Assembly: GCA_040256005.1 (NCBI GenBank)
Contig: JBDZWC010000027.1
Location: 4,175-28,988 of the forward strand
DNA from: Deinococcaceae bacterium
GTDB lineage: Bacteria; Deinococcota; Deinococci; Deinococcales; Trueperaceae
Length of the DNA: 24,814 bases
Direction of reading: 5' to 3'
The position numbers and the translations under genes were made by a program. The first letter of the stretch is position 1. Each line of letters begins with the position of its first letter. The notes below the pieces were generated by a model that was not told the DNA's origin, did no database searches, and saw only the letters and a list, made by a program, of their open reading frames with translations. Positions 17,541-24,814 of the stretch are shown here, piece after piece.

Positions 17541-17577
17541 GACTCTACCGCGACGCCCTTCGGAGCCGAGTAGAGTC
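17541..17577. promoter_or_regulatory. Mirror-image divergent -10 boxes (TAGAGT on both strands)
   Basis: GACTCTAC (17541-17548) / GTAGAGTC (17570-17577). The TAGAGT boxes are 6 nt from GTG 17535 (-) and 7 nt from GTG 17584 (+). Confidence 0.7.
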
Positions 17578-17583
17578 GGGAGC

Positions 17584-18195
17584 GTGAACCGGGCCCTCAT
17601 GTTCCCGCCGTCTACCGTGTCGCATCTCGGCGCAGAGGCGATGCATGGCGAGCTTGCCGACCTGTTGGCGCTCGAGCGCAGCGGCATGGCCCTGGGTCTG
17701 GTGGCGCTGCCCGCCGCCGTGGAGGACAGCCTCTACCGCTTCAACAACCTGCCGGCTCGGCTGGCCGCGCTGTACGCGGGGCTCGACCCCTTCGATCCCG
17801 ACGAGGACCTGCTCGAGGAGGCCGAGGAGAGCGCCGTGAGGCTGGTGGACCAGGCACACCAACTAGACGAGGTCATCGACGCCGTCTACGAGGCCCTGGC
17901 AGGTCTCCCGGCCGAGCTCGTCGTCAGGAGGCCCGGCGAACCAGGCGGCCTCGAGGTAGCCGGCAGGCGCGGCGCGTTGCTGGCTCTCAAGCGGTTGGCG
18001 CAGGGCGACTGGTCGGCCCAGGCCGTCATGGCCAGAGTGACCCGCACCGCCAGCGTCGCGCTGGAGGCCCGCGAGGTGATCGTGCATGCGTCGGGCTCGA
18101 CGCACGACGCCGCGCTGTCGGCCCGTGCCGCGCAGGTCCTCGGGCGTCAGGTGGACGTAGCGGGTTGGCAGGGTTCGGTCACACGGGTGACGTGA
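17584..18195 (+). CDS. Hypothetical protein resembling a degenerate PEP synthase/PPDK N-terminal subdomain
   Basis: By-eye similarity: YRFNNLPARLAALYAGLD...LVVRR...LEVAGRRGALLALKRLAQGDWSAQAVMAR...VIVH. The SSATAEDLPxASFAG loop is absent. Confidence 0.6.
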   Translation: MNRALMFPPSTVSHLGAEAMHGELADLLALERSGMALGLVALPAAVEDSLYRFNNLPARLAALYAGLDPFDPDEDLLEEAEESAVRLVDQAHQLDEVIDAVYEALAGLPAELVVRRPGEPGGLEVAGRRGALLALKRLAQGDWSAQAVMARVTRTASVALEAREVIVHASGSTHDAALSARAAQVLGRQVDVAGWQGSVTRVT

Positions 18196-19078
18196 GGCTG
18201 CGCCGCGCCACCGCCGCCGCGCCGATCACGCCCGCGTCGTTTCCCAGCACTGCCAGCCTGAGATCTGGCTCGCAGTAGCCCTCCAGGTACTCCCGGGTCG
18301 TGGCCGCGACCTTGTCAAGGTAGAAGGGGCCGACGTTCGTCAGGCCGCCACCGAGCACGAAGGCCTCCGGGTCGAACATCTTGACGAGGTTCGCCAGGCC
18401 GATGCCGGTGAACCGGGCCGCGTTGTCCACGATGCCGAGGGCCTTGGGCTCGCCGGCGACGGCGCGCGCGAAGAGCTGCTCCGTCGTCATCTCGATCCCG
18501 TAAGCGTAGCTAGCGTCCCTGGCGAGCGACCGGCCCGCGGCGATCGCCTCGAGGCTACCGGTGTGCCCGTCGCCTCCCATCGGGCCGCCAGGCAACACGG
18601 TCATGTGGCCGATCTCGCCTGCGATACCGTGCGCCCCGCGGATGAGCCGGTCGCCGAGGAACAGGCCCCCGCCGATGCCGGTCGAGAGCGTCACGTAGAT
18701 GCTCGAGTCGAGACCCCGCGCGGCGCCGTAGAGGTGCTCGGCGTAGCCGGCGGCGTTGGCGTCGTTCTCCAGCTCGACCTTGAGGCCCAAGGCCGCCTGC
18801 AAGGCATCCACGATGGGCGCGTCCACCATCCCGGCGATGTTGGGTGCGAACACCACGCGGCCGCGCACGTGGTCGAGGGGCCCGGGCGAACCCACTCCCA
18901 CGGCGTCGACCACGTGCCCTCGCTGTAGCAACGCTCGCGCCGCCCCGGCCATCGCAGCGACGACGTCGGTGAAGCCCGTCTGCGGTGTGTCGACCCGCAC
19001 GCGGTCGACGATGGTGCCGCCGTTGACGACGGCGGCCAGGATCTTCGTGCCGCCCAGGTCTATGCCCAAGGTGCTCAA
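18179..19078 (-). CDS. glk: ROK-family sugar kinase (probable glucokinase)
   Basis: GIDLGGTK, VGSPGP, LENDANAA, TLSTGIGGG, GEIGH, LGGG, DAGVIGAA. No HTH. TTG start overlaps the ackA stop. Confidence 0.85.
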   Translation of the reverse strand: MSTLGIDLGGTKILAAVVNGGTIVDRVRVDTPQTGFTDVVAAMAGAARALLQRGHVVDAVGVGSPGPLDHVRGRVVFAPNIAGMVDAPIVDALQAALGLKVELENDANAAGYAEHLYGAARGLDSSIYVTLSTGIGGGLFLGDRLIRGAHGIAGEIGHMTVLPGGPMGGDGHTGSLEAIAAGRSLARDASYAYGIEMTTEQLFARAVAGEPKALGIVDNAARFTGIGLANLVKMFDPEAFVLGGGLTNVGPFYLDKVAATTREYLEGYCEPDLRLAVLGNDAGVIGAAAVARRSLTSPV

Positions 19079-20208
19079 CTCGTCCTCGCCTTCATAGCGC
19101 GCGCCGCCTCCACCGCCTGGCCCGCGATCACGCTCTCCTCGTCTGTCGGCACGACCAGTACGCTCACCCGGCTCCCCGGCGTGCTGATCACGGGACCGCC
19201 CGCCCTGTTGGCAGCGTCATCGAGCTCGATACCCAGGAAGCCAAGGCCGCTCACGGCCTCGGCCCGGATGAGGTGGTCGTTCTCCCCCACCCCGGCGGTG
19301 AACACGACGGCGTCCAGACCACCCATGGCGGCCGCGTAGCTGGCGATGAGCTTGCGCACGCGGTAGGCGTAGAGCTCCAGCGCGGCCATGGCAGCCTCGG
19401 AGCCCGCCTCCGCGGCGGCCCTCACGTCGCGCATGTCGTTGCCGACGCCGGACATCCCGGCCAACCCGGAGCCCCTGTTCAGCAGCTCGTTCAGCTCCCC
19501 CTCGCTCACACCCTCCCTCAGGAGGTGCAGCAGGAGACCGGGGTCGACGTCACCGCTGCGCGTGCCCATGAGCAGGCCCTCGAGGGGCGTGAACCCCATG
19601 CTCGTGTCGACCACCTCACCGCGATCAACCGCGGCGCCGCTGGCGCCGTTGCCGAGGTGCAGGGTCACGATCTTCAGGTCGTCGCGGGCACGACCCAGGA
19701 GCCTGCCCGCCTCGCGAGACACGTAGTCGTGGCTGGTGCCGTGGAAGCCGTAGCGGCGCAGGCCCCGCTGGGCGAACGAGAGTGGCAGCCCGTAGAGGTA
19801 GGCGCGTCGCGGGAGCGTGGCGTGGAAAGCCGTGTCGAACACGGCCACGTGCACCGCGTCCGGCATGAGAGCGAGCGCAGCCCTGAGGGCTTCGAGGTTG
19901 GCCGGGTTGTGCAGCGGCGCCAGGGCCTCGAGCTCGGCGATGCCGGCCAGCACGTCGTCCGTGACCAGGGTGGGCGCCGTGAACCTGGTGCCGCCGTGTA
20001 CGACACGGTGACCCACCACGCTGGGCTGGTACGAGGTGCCGTCGCCGAGGCTGCGCAGCCCAGCTTCCAGCGCGTCTCCATGTGCGCCACGGTGCGTGAG
20101 CCTCTCCACCGTCACCGCGCCGCCCTGCGGATAGGTCTTGAGCTTGAGGCTGGAGCTGCCGGCGTTGACGACCAGCACGTTCTCCCCCGCCGCGATGTCC
20201 GCCAGCAT
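19075..20208 (-). CDS. ackA: Acetate kinase
   Basis: VVNAGSSSLK, GHRVVHGG, APLHNP, FDTAFH, RRYGFHGTSH, HLGNGAS, MGFTPLEGLLMGTRSGD, FTAGVGEN, PTDEE. Start reassigned to ATG 20208. Confidence 0.95.
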   Translation of the reverse strand: MLADIAAGENVLVVNAGSSSLKLKTYPQGGAVTVERLTHRGAHGDALEAGLRSLGDGTSYQPSVVGHRVVHGGTRFTAPTLVTDDVLAGIAELEALAPLHNPANLEALRAALALMPDAVHVAVFDTAFHATLPRRAYLYGLPLSFAQRGLRRYGFHGTSHDYVSREAGRLLGRARDDLKIVTLHLGNGASGAAVDRGEVVDTSMGFTPLEGLLMGTRSGDVDPGLLLHLLREGVSEGELNELLNRGSGLAGMSGVGNDMRDVRAAAEAGSEAAMAALELYAYRVRKLIASYAAAMGGLDAVVFTAGVGENDHLIRAEAVSGLGFLGIELDDAANRAGGPVISTPGSRVSVLVVPTDEESVIAGQAVEAARAMKARTS

Positions 20209-20219
20209 GCCCGGCGAGT

Positions 20220-20915
20220 CTACCGTCCACCCAGGTCGGCGACGAGGCGCGGCCTGAAGCCGAGCGCGTCGGCCGCGACGAAGTGCAGGTCTATGCCGGG
20301 GAGCCGCGTCAGGACCGGCTCCTCGCCGTGGACGTGCCCGAAGACGAGGGCGTCGGGTGCGTAGTCCTCGATGAGGTCGGTGAAGCCACTGGGCTCGAGG
20401 CGAGCGTTGGTGGGCGGGAAGTGCAGCATGACGACCCGGTAGTCGCCCTGCAGCCGCCTGGCCGCCGCCAACGACAGCGACAGGCGCTCGACCTCGCGCA
20501 GGTAGACGCGCTGGTCCTCGGCGGTGAACCCGCGGCTGCCGGGGCAGACCCAGCCCCGTGTGCCGGCAACGACGACGCCGTCGATCTCGAGCGCGTCGTT
20601 CTGGATGGCGTACATGCCCTCGGGCAGGGCGCGCCGCAGCTTGCTGATTGACGGCCACCAGTAGTCGTGGTTGCCCCTGAGCAACACCTTCCTGCCTGGC
20701 AGCTCGGCGATGTCGCGCAGGTCGACGAGAGCGTCGTCCAGCCGCATCGCCCACGACACGTCGCCCGGCACCAGCACGATGTCGTCTGGGCCCACCGTCT
20801 CCCGCCAACCCGCGAAGAACGCCTCGGGGTGGCCCGCCCAGTTGCCACCGAACACGTCCATCGGTTTGGGGTCGGCGCGCGAGAGGTGGGGGTCGGCGAT
20901 CGCGAAGAGGCGCAT
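20220..20915 (-). CDS. Calcineurin-like metallophosphoesterase
   Basis: IADPHLS, PGDVSWAM, RGNHDYWW, GTRGW, MLHFPP, FGHVHG. Confidence 0.88.
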   Translation of the reverse strand: MRLFAIADPHLSRADPKPMDVFGGNWAGHPEAFFAGWRETVGPDDIVLVPGDVSWAMRLDDALVDLRDIAELPGRKVLLRGNHDYWWPSISKLRRALPEGMYAIQNDALEIDGVVVAGTRGWVCPGSRGFTAEDQRVYLREVERLSLSLAAARRLQGDYRVVMLHFPPTNARLEPSGFTDLIEDYAPDALVFGHVHGEEPVLTRLPGIDLHFVAADALGFRPRLVADLGGR

Positions 20916-20924
20916 CGAACCGCG

Positions 20925-20930
20925 ATTCTA
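20925..20930 (-). promoter_or_regulatory. -10 box TAGAAT for the metallophosphoesterase-ackA-glk unit
   Basis: ATTCTA on the + strand at 20925-20930, 9 nt from ATG 20915. No SD. Confidence 0.55.
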
Positions 20931-21013
20931 GCCGGTGGTGCGGGCGCGTCCAGGACGCTCGCCGGCGGGCTCTAGCCGGCCTCCCGGCGAACCCCAGTGA
21001 GGCGCACGCGGTC

Positions 21014-21523
21014 TCACCACTCGAGGTCAGTGCGCCGCACGCCGTCCGTGTCCAGCCGCGCCAGCAGCTCCTCGACGCTGGCGCCGGTCACCGGATGCCG
21101 CCAGGCGGGCGAGACCTCGGCCAGCGGCACCAGCACGAACGCCCGGTGATGTAGGCGCGGGTGTGGCACCGTGGTGACCGGGTCGTCGACGTTCACGTCC
21201 CCGTGGGCCAGGAGGTCCAGGTCGATGTTGCGGGGTCCCCAGCGCACGTCGCGCACGCGTCCGAGCCGCTCCTCGAGGTCGAGCAGCGCCCGCAGCAGCG
21301 CGTGGGTGGTCAGGTCGGTCCTCAGCGCCACGACGGCGTTGAGGTAGTCGGCCTGGCCCGGGGGCCCGCCAACGGGATGCGTCGCGTAGACGCTCGACCT
21401 GGCGGTCACCTCCCCCAACGAGCGCAGGCCCTCCGCGGCACGCCGCAGCTCGGCCAGGCGGTCTCCCAGGTTGCTGCCCAGGGCCACCCAGGCGAGCGGC
21501 TCGTCGCTGTCCGCCCGGGCCAC
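21014..21523 (-). CDS. folK: 2-amino-4-hydroxy-6-hydroxymethyldihydropteridine diphosphokinase
   Basis: ALGSNLGDR, YLNAV, RWGPRNIDLDLL, VPHPRLHHRAFVLVPL. Confidence 0.95.
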   Translation of the reverse strand: MARADSDEPLAWVALGSNLGDRLAELRRAAEGLRSLGEVTARSSVYATHPVGGPPGQADYLNAVVALRTDLTTHALLRALLDLEERLGRVRDVRWGPRNIDLDLLAHGDVNVDDPVTTVPHPRLHHRAFVLVPLAEVSPAWRHPVTGASVEELLARLDTDGVRRTDLEW

Positions 21524-21530
21524 GCCGCCC

Positions 21531-21908
21531 TCAGCCCTCTCCGCGCGCGCGCCTCAGCTCGTAGTACACGTCCCTGACGATCCCGTGGAGCGGAGCGTGG
21601 GGCTTGTGGACCCTGACCACCAGCGAGCGAACCCCTGGCTCCTCGGTCATGATCGTGCCCGCTATCGCTGCCGCCAACGACTCGATCAGCTTGAACGACT
21701 CGCCGGTCACGATGCGCTTCACGGTGGCGAACACGCGCGAGTAGTCGACGGTGTCCGGCAACGTGTCGCGCGCCGGAGGCGACACCGACAGCTCGAGGTC
21801 CACGACGAAGCGAGCGCCACGCTTCAGCTCGTAGTCGTGAACGCCGTGGAAGGCGTGGAACTCCATGCCGCTCAGCACGATGGTGCCGAGCCCGTCGACC
21901 TCAGACAT
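21531..21908 (-). CDS. folB: Dihydroneopterin aldolase
   Basis: MEFHAFHGV..E, FVVDL, TVDYS, LIESLA, VHKPHAP. Start reassigned to ATG 21908. Confidence 0.93.
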   Translation of the reverse strand: MSEVDGLGTIVLSGMEFHAFHGVHDYELKRGARFVVDLELSVSPPARDTLPDTVDYSRVFATVKRIVTGESFKLIESLAAAIAGTIMTEEPGVRSLVVRVHKPHAPLHGIVRDVYYELRRARGEG

Positions 21909-22764
21909 CGCGACCTTCCCCTCCTTCGCCCGCAGCCAGGGCCGCCAACACGGCCAGCGCCTGTCTGTGAGCCTCAACGTCATGAACCCGCAGCAGCGCG
22001 GCGCCGAGCCGCGCGACCCACAGATGCGCCGCCAGGCTGGCGCCCAGACGCTCGCGCGGTTCCTCGACGCCCGTGATCCGGCCCAGGAAGCCCTTGCGGG
22101 AGGCGCCGACCATGACCGGATAGCCCGTCCTGGCCAACCGGTCGGTGGCTCTGAGCAGGTCGAGGTTGTGCTCGAGCGTCTTCCCGAAGCCTATGCCGGG
22201 GTCGATAACGACCGAGGGCACGCCGGCGGCGAGCGCGCGCTCTGCCGCCGCCCTGAGGTACTGGCCGACCTCGGCCACGACGTCGTCGTAACGCGGGTCC
22301 ACCTGCATCGTCGTGGGGTCGCCGAGCATGTGGCCGATCACTACCGGCACGCCGGCTGCCACGCAGACCTCGAGCATGGCGGGGTCGCGCAAGCCGGAGA
22401 CGTCGTTCACGATGGCGGCGCCGGCGCCGATGGCAGCCTCGGCCACCGCGGCGTGGCGGGTGTCGATGCTCACCCTGACGCCGCTCCTGACCAGGCCTTC
22501 CACTACGGGCAGCACGCGGGCCAGCTCCTCGACCTCGGTGACCGGCTTTGCGGCGGGCCTCGTTGACTCGCCGCCCACGTCAACGAACAGCGCTCCTTGG
22601 GCTGCCATCGCGGCGCCTGCCGCCACGGCGGCGTCCACGGACCCATGCGACCCGCCGTCCGAGAAGCTGTCCGGGGTTACGTTGAGCACGCCTACCAGGG
22701 CGGGCCCGGCCCAGGCGAGGACCTCGCCACCACGTCCGAGAGGCAACTCGTGCGCGACGTGCAC
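21901..22764 (-). CDS. folP: Dihydropteroate synthase
   Basis: GVLNVTPDSFSDGG, GGESTRP, SIDT, NDVSG, DPGIGFGK, GASRK, RVHDV. Probable GTG start at 22764, just after the wecB stop. Confidence 0.94.
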   Translation of the reverse strand: MHVAHELPLGRGGEVLAWAGPALVGVLNVTPDSFSDGGSHGSVDAAVAAGAAMAAQGALFVDVGGESTRPAAKPVTEVEELARVLPVVEGLVRSGVRVSIDTRHAAVAEAAIGAGAAIVNDVSGLRDPAMLEVCVAAGVPVVIGHMLGDPTTMQVDPRYDDVVAEVGQYLRAAAERALAAGVPSVVIDPGIGFGKTLEHNLDLLRATDRLARTGYPVMVGASRKGFLGRITGVEEPRERLGASLAAHLWVARLGAALLRVHDVEAHRQALAVLAALAAGEGGEGRDV

Positions 22765-22765
22765 G

Positions 22766-23914
22766 CTAGGCCCGCCAGTCCTCGGGCCTATCGGCGAGGC
22801 CGAAGCGCCAGGCCACCGCCTGGGCGATCCGCTCCGAAGCCCTGCCGTCGCCGTAGGGGTTGGGCGCGGCGCGCATGCTCGCCAGCTCGGTCTCGTCACC
22901 CAGCAGCTCGAGGAGGGCGATCCGTACCGTCTCCGGATCGTTGCCAACGAGCCGCAGCACGCCACCCAAGCCCTCGGGCCGTTCCGTCACGTTGCGCAGC
23001 ACGGCCACGGGCCTTCCCAGCGCCGCACCCTCCTCCTGTATCCCGCCGGAGTCGGTGATGACCAACCGGGAACGGTCCAGCAGCGCGAGCATGCTCAGGT
23101 AGTCGACGGGGCCCAAGAGCCTGAAGTTGCCTACGCTTCCCAGCACCGGCTGCACGGCCTCCTGCACGCGCGGGTTCAGGTGCACCGGGTAGACGAACGT
23201 GTACTGAGGGTACGCCCTGGCGACCGCGGCCAAGGAGGCCGCCAGCTCGCCCATCACCCCCAGGTTCTCGCGTCTATGCATCGTGACGGTCACGAGCCCA
23301 CCCTCCGGCAGGCCGGCAGGCAACTTGGCGCGTTTACGGTTGGCGAGCACGGCGTCAACGGCCGTGTTGCCGGTCACGACCATCTTCTCCGGGCGCTTGC
23401 CCTCGCGCAGCAGGTTCTCCCTGGCCGTCGCCGTAGGTGGCAGGTCCAGGTCGGTGAGGACGTCGGTCAGCCGCCGGTTCGCCTCCTCTGGGAACGGCTG
23501 CCGCATGTCGAAGCTGCGCAGGCCGGCCTCGACGTGAGCCACGCTTGCGCCTTCGAGGAAGGCCGCGAAGGCCACGGCGAACGTCGTCGTCGTGTCACCG
23601 TGGACCAGGACGTAGTCGGCTCGCAGCTCGCGCAGGGCCGCAGCGGCGGCGGGAGTGATCCTGCCGACGAGGTCCGGCAGCGACTGGCGAGCCGTCATGA
23701 CGTTCAGGTCGGCATCGGCAGACAGCCCGAACGTGGCGAGCGAGTCGTCGAGCTGCTCCCGATGCTGCCCTGTGACGAGCGTCAGCACCTCTGCCTGCCC
23801 CTCCCGGCGCAGCGCGTCGACGACGGGGGCCATCTTGTTGGCCTCCGGCCGCGTGCCGAAAGCCACCACGACGCGCGGCTTGGTTCCGGCCGCGGCGTCA
23901 CCGCGCCGCGTCAC
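22766..23914 (-). CDS. wecB: Non-hydrolyzing UDP-N-acetylglucosamine 2-epimerase
   Basis: [69 protein letters not shown] 23914 overlaps the upstream stop. Confidence 0.94.
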   Translation of the reverse strand: MTRRGDAAAGTKPRVVVAFGTRPEANKMAPVVDALRREGQAEVLTLVTGQHREQLDDSLATFGLSADADLNVMTARQSLPDLVGRITPAAAAALRELRADYVLVHGDTTTTFAVAFAAFLEGASVAHVEAGLRSFDMRQPFPEEANRRLTDVLTDLDLPPTATARENLLREGKRPEKMVVTGNTAVDAVLANRKRAKLPAGLPEGGLVTVTMHRRENLGVMGELAASLAAVARAYPQYTFVYPVHLNPRVQEAVQPVLGSVGNFRLLGPVDYLSMLALLDRSRLVITDSGGIQEEGAALGRPVAVLRNVTERPEGLGGVLRLVGNDPETVRIALLELLGDETELASMRAAPNPYGDGRASERIAQAVAWRFGLADRPEDWRA

Positions 23915-24814
23915 GCCGGCACGCCGTCCCGTCTCACCTCGGCCAGGCGCGCCAGGGACACCGTCGCGATCAGGACCACCGTGAGCACCAGCGTCAGCAA
24001 CGTGAGCGCCGGGGGTGTCGAGGACAGCAGCATGCCTGCTACCCCCAGGGCCAGCGTGGCCATCCACAGCAGGATCACCGTGCCGCGCTTGGAGCCGGAG
24101 CGCTGCCTGAGCATGTCGTGTATGTGGTCGTTGTGGGCGAGCGTCGGGTTGCTGCCGCGGCGGAGCCGCCGCACCGTGACCTGCGTGATGTTGACGACCG
24201 GCAGGGCCAGCACGAGGATCGGAGCGACGACCGACACGGCCGCCGTCACCTTGAGGGCGCCGATGACGCTCACGGCGGCCAGGACGTAGCCGAGGAGGTA
24301 GGCGCCGGAGTCGCCCATGATGATCGTGGCGGGTCCGAAGTTGTGGCGGAGGAACCCCAGCGCGGACCCGGCCAGCGCCGCCAGCAGCAGCACGGCGGCA
24401 CCGCGATCGTCGAACTGCACAGCCACCGCCAGCAGGCTGAGGCTGGATATCGCAGCGATGCCCGATGAGAGGCCGTCGAGCCCGTCGATGAAGTTGAAGG
24501 CGTTGGTGAAGCCCACGACCCACACCACGGTGACGACGATCGCCAGGCTCTCCGACAGGAACAGGAAGTTCCCGCCCCCGAAGTAGTCGGTCAGGAAGCC
24601 GATACGCACGCCGTTCACGACGAGGATGCCGGCGGCCACCGCCTGCGCGGCCAGCCGCAGGGCCGGCCCCACCTCCCACATGTCGTCGAGGAAGCCGACC
24701 AAGGTCATGAGCGCGCCCCCGAGGGCGATGGCGAGGAGCTCCACGCGGTACGAGTCGATGACCTCGGGCGCGACGAGGCTGCCCGCGATGAGCGCGACCA
24801 GGAAGCCGCCCAGG
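23911..24814 (-). CDS. MraY/WecA/TagO-family undecaprenyl-phosphate GlcNAc-1-phosphate transferase (5' partial)
   Basis: Multi-[37 protein letters not shown]. The frame stays open to the window end. Confidence 0.9.
   Translation of the reverse strand, partial: LGGFLVALIAGSLVAPEVIDSYRVELLAIALGGALMTLVGFLDDMWEVGPALRLAAQAVAAGILVVNGVRIGFLTDYFGGGNFLFLSESLAIVVTVVWVVGFTNAFNFIDGLDGLSSGIAAISSLSLLAVAVQFDDRGAAVLLLAALAGSALGFLRHNFGPATIIMGDSGAYLLGYVLAAVSVIGALKVTAAVSVVAPILVLALPVVNITQVTVRRLRRGSNPTLAHNDHIHDMLRQRSGSKRGTVILLWMATLALGVAGMLLSSTPPALTLLTLVLTVVLIATVSLARLAEVRRDGVPA

Noticed and set aside
20209..20808. 200-aa Arg-rich N-terminal extension of AckA (likewise the extended starts for wecB, folP, folB, ilvD, Gfo, zincin and pspC)
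   Set aside because: Out-of-frame read-through of neighbouring genes. Real starts are at coupled or SD-supported codons.
22313..24289. 658-aa + strand ORF, and similar long shadow ORFs (3378-4727, 4752-5972, 8309-9799, 19273-20364)
   Set aside because: Antisense to clearly identified genes, with no recognisable motifs. Expected from stop-codon scarcity in high-GC DNA.

Overview
High-GC, gene-dense chromosomal window. It is probably from a Deinococcota bacterium (inferred from a PilF-type triple-GSPII ATPase, gene content, and TAnnnT boxes directly before start codons). The + strand carries yqeG-like HAD phosphatase, pilB/pilF and pilT. Next come a leaderless 25-codon leader peptide with tandem CTA-Leu codons and an attenuator, then leuC-leuD-leuB-ilvD-thuA-Gfo/Idh/MocA-zincin. 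The remainder is mostly - strand: ubiX-ispD-ispE; a small PspC gene (+); an apparently catalytically dead E2-like protein with a long acidic linker; a kinase-less 4xPASTA membrane protein divergent from a degenerate PEP-synthase-like fragment (+); metallophosphoesterase-ackA-ROK kinase; and wecA-like (partial)-wecB-folP-folB-folK. I see no RNA genes, CRISPR arrays or mobile elements. The most interesting items are the two putative pyruvate-node pseudoenzymes flanking the PASTA gene, the leaderless Leu attenuator, and shared or mirrored promoter motifs. All family calls come from motif recognition by eye, not database searches.
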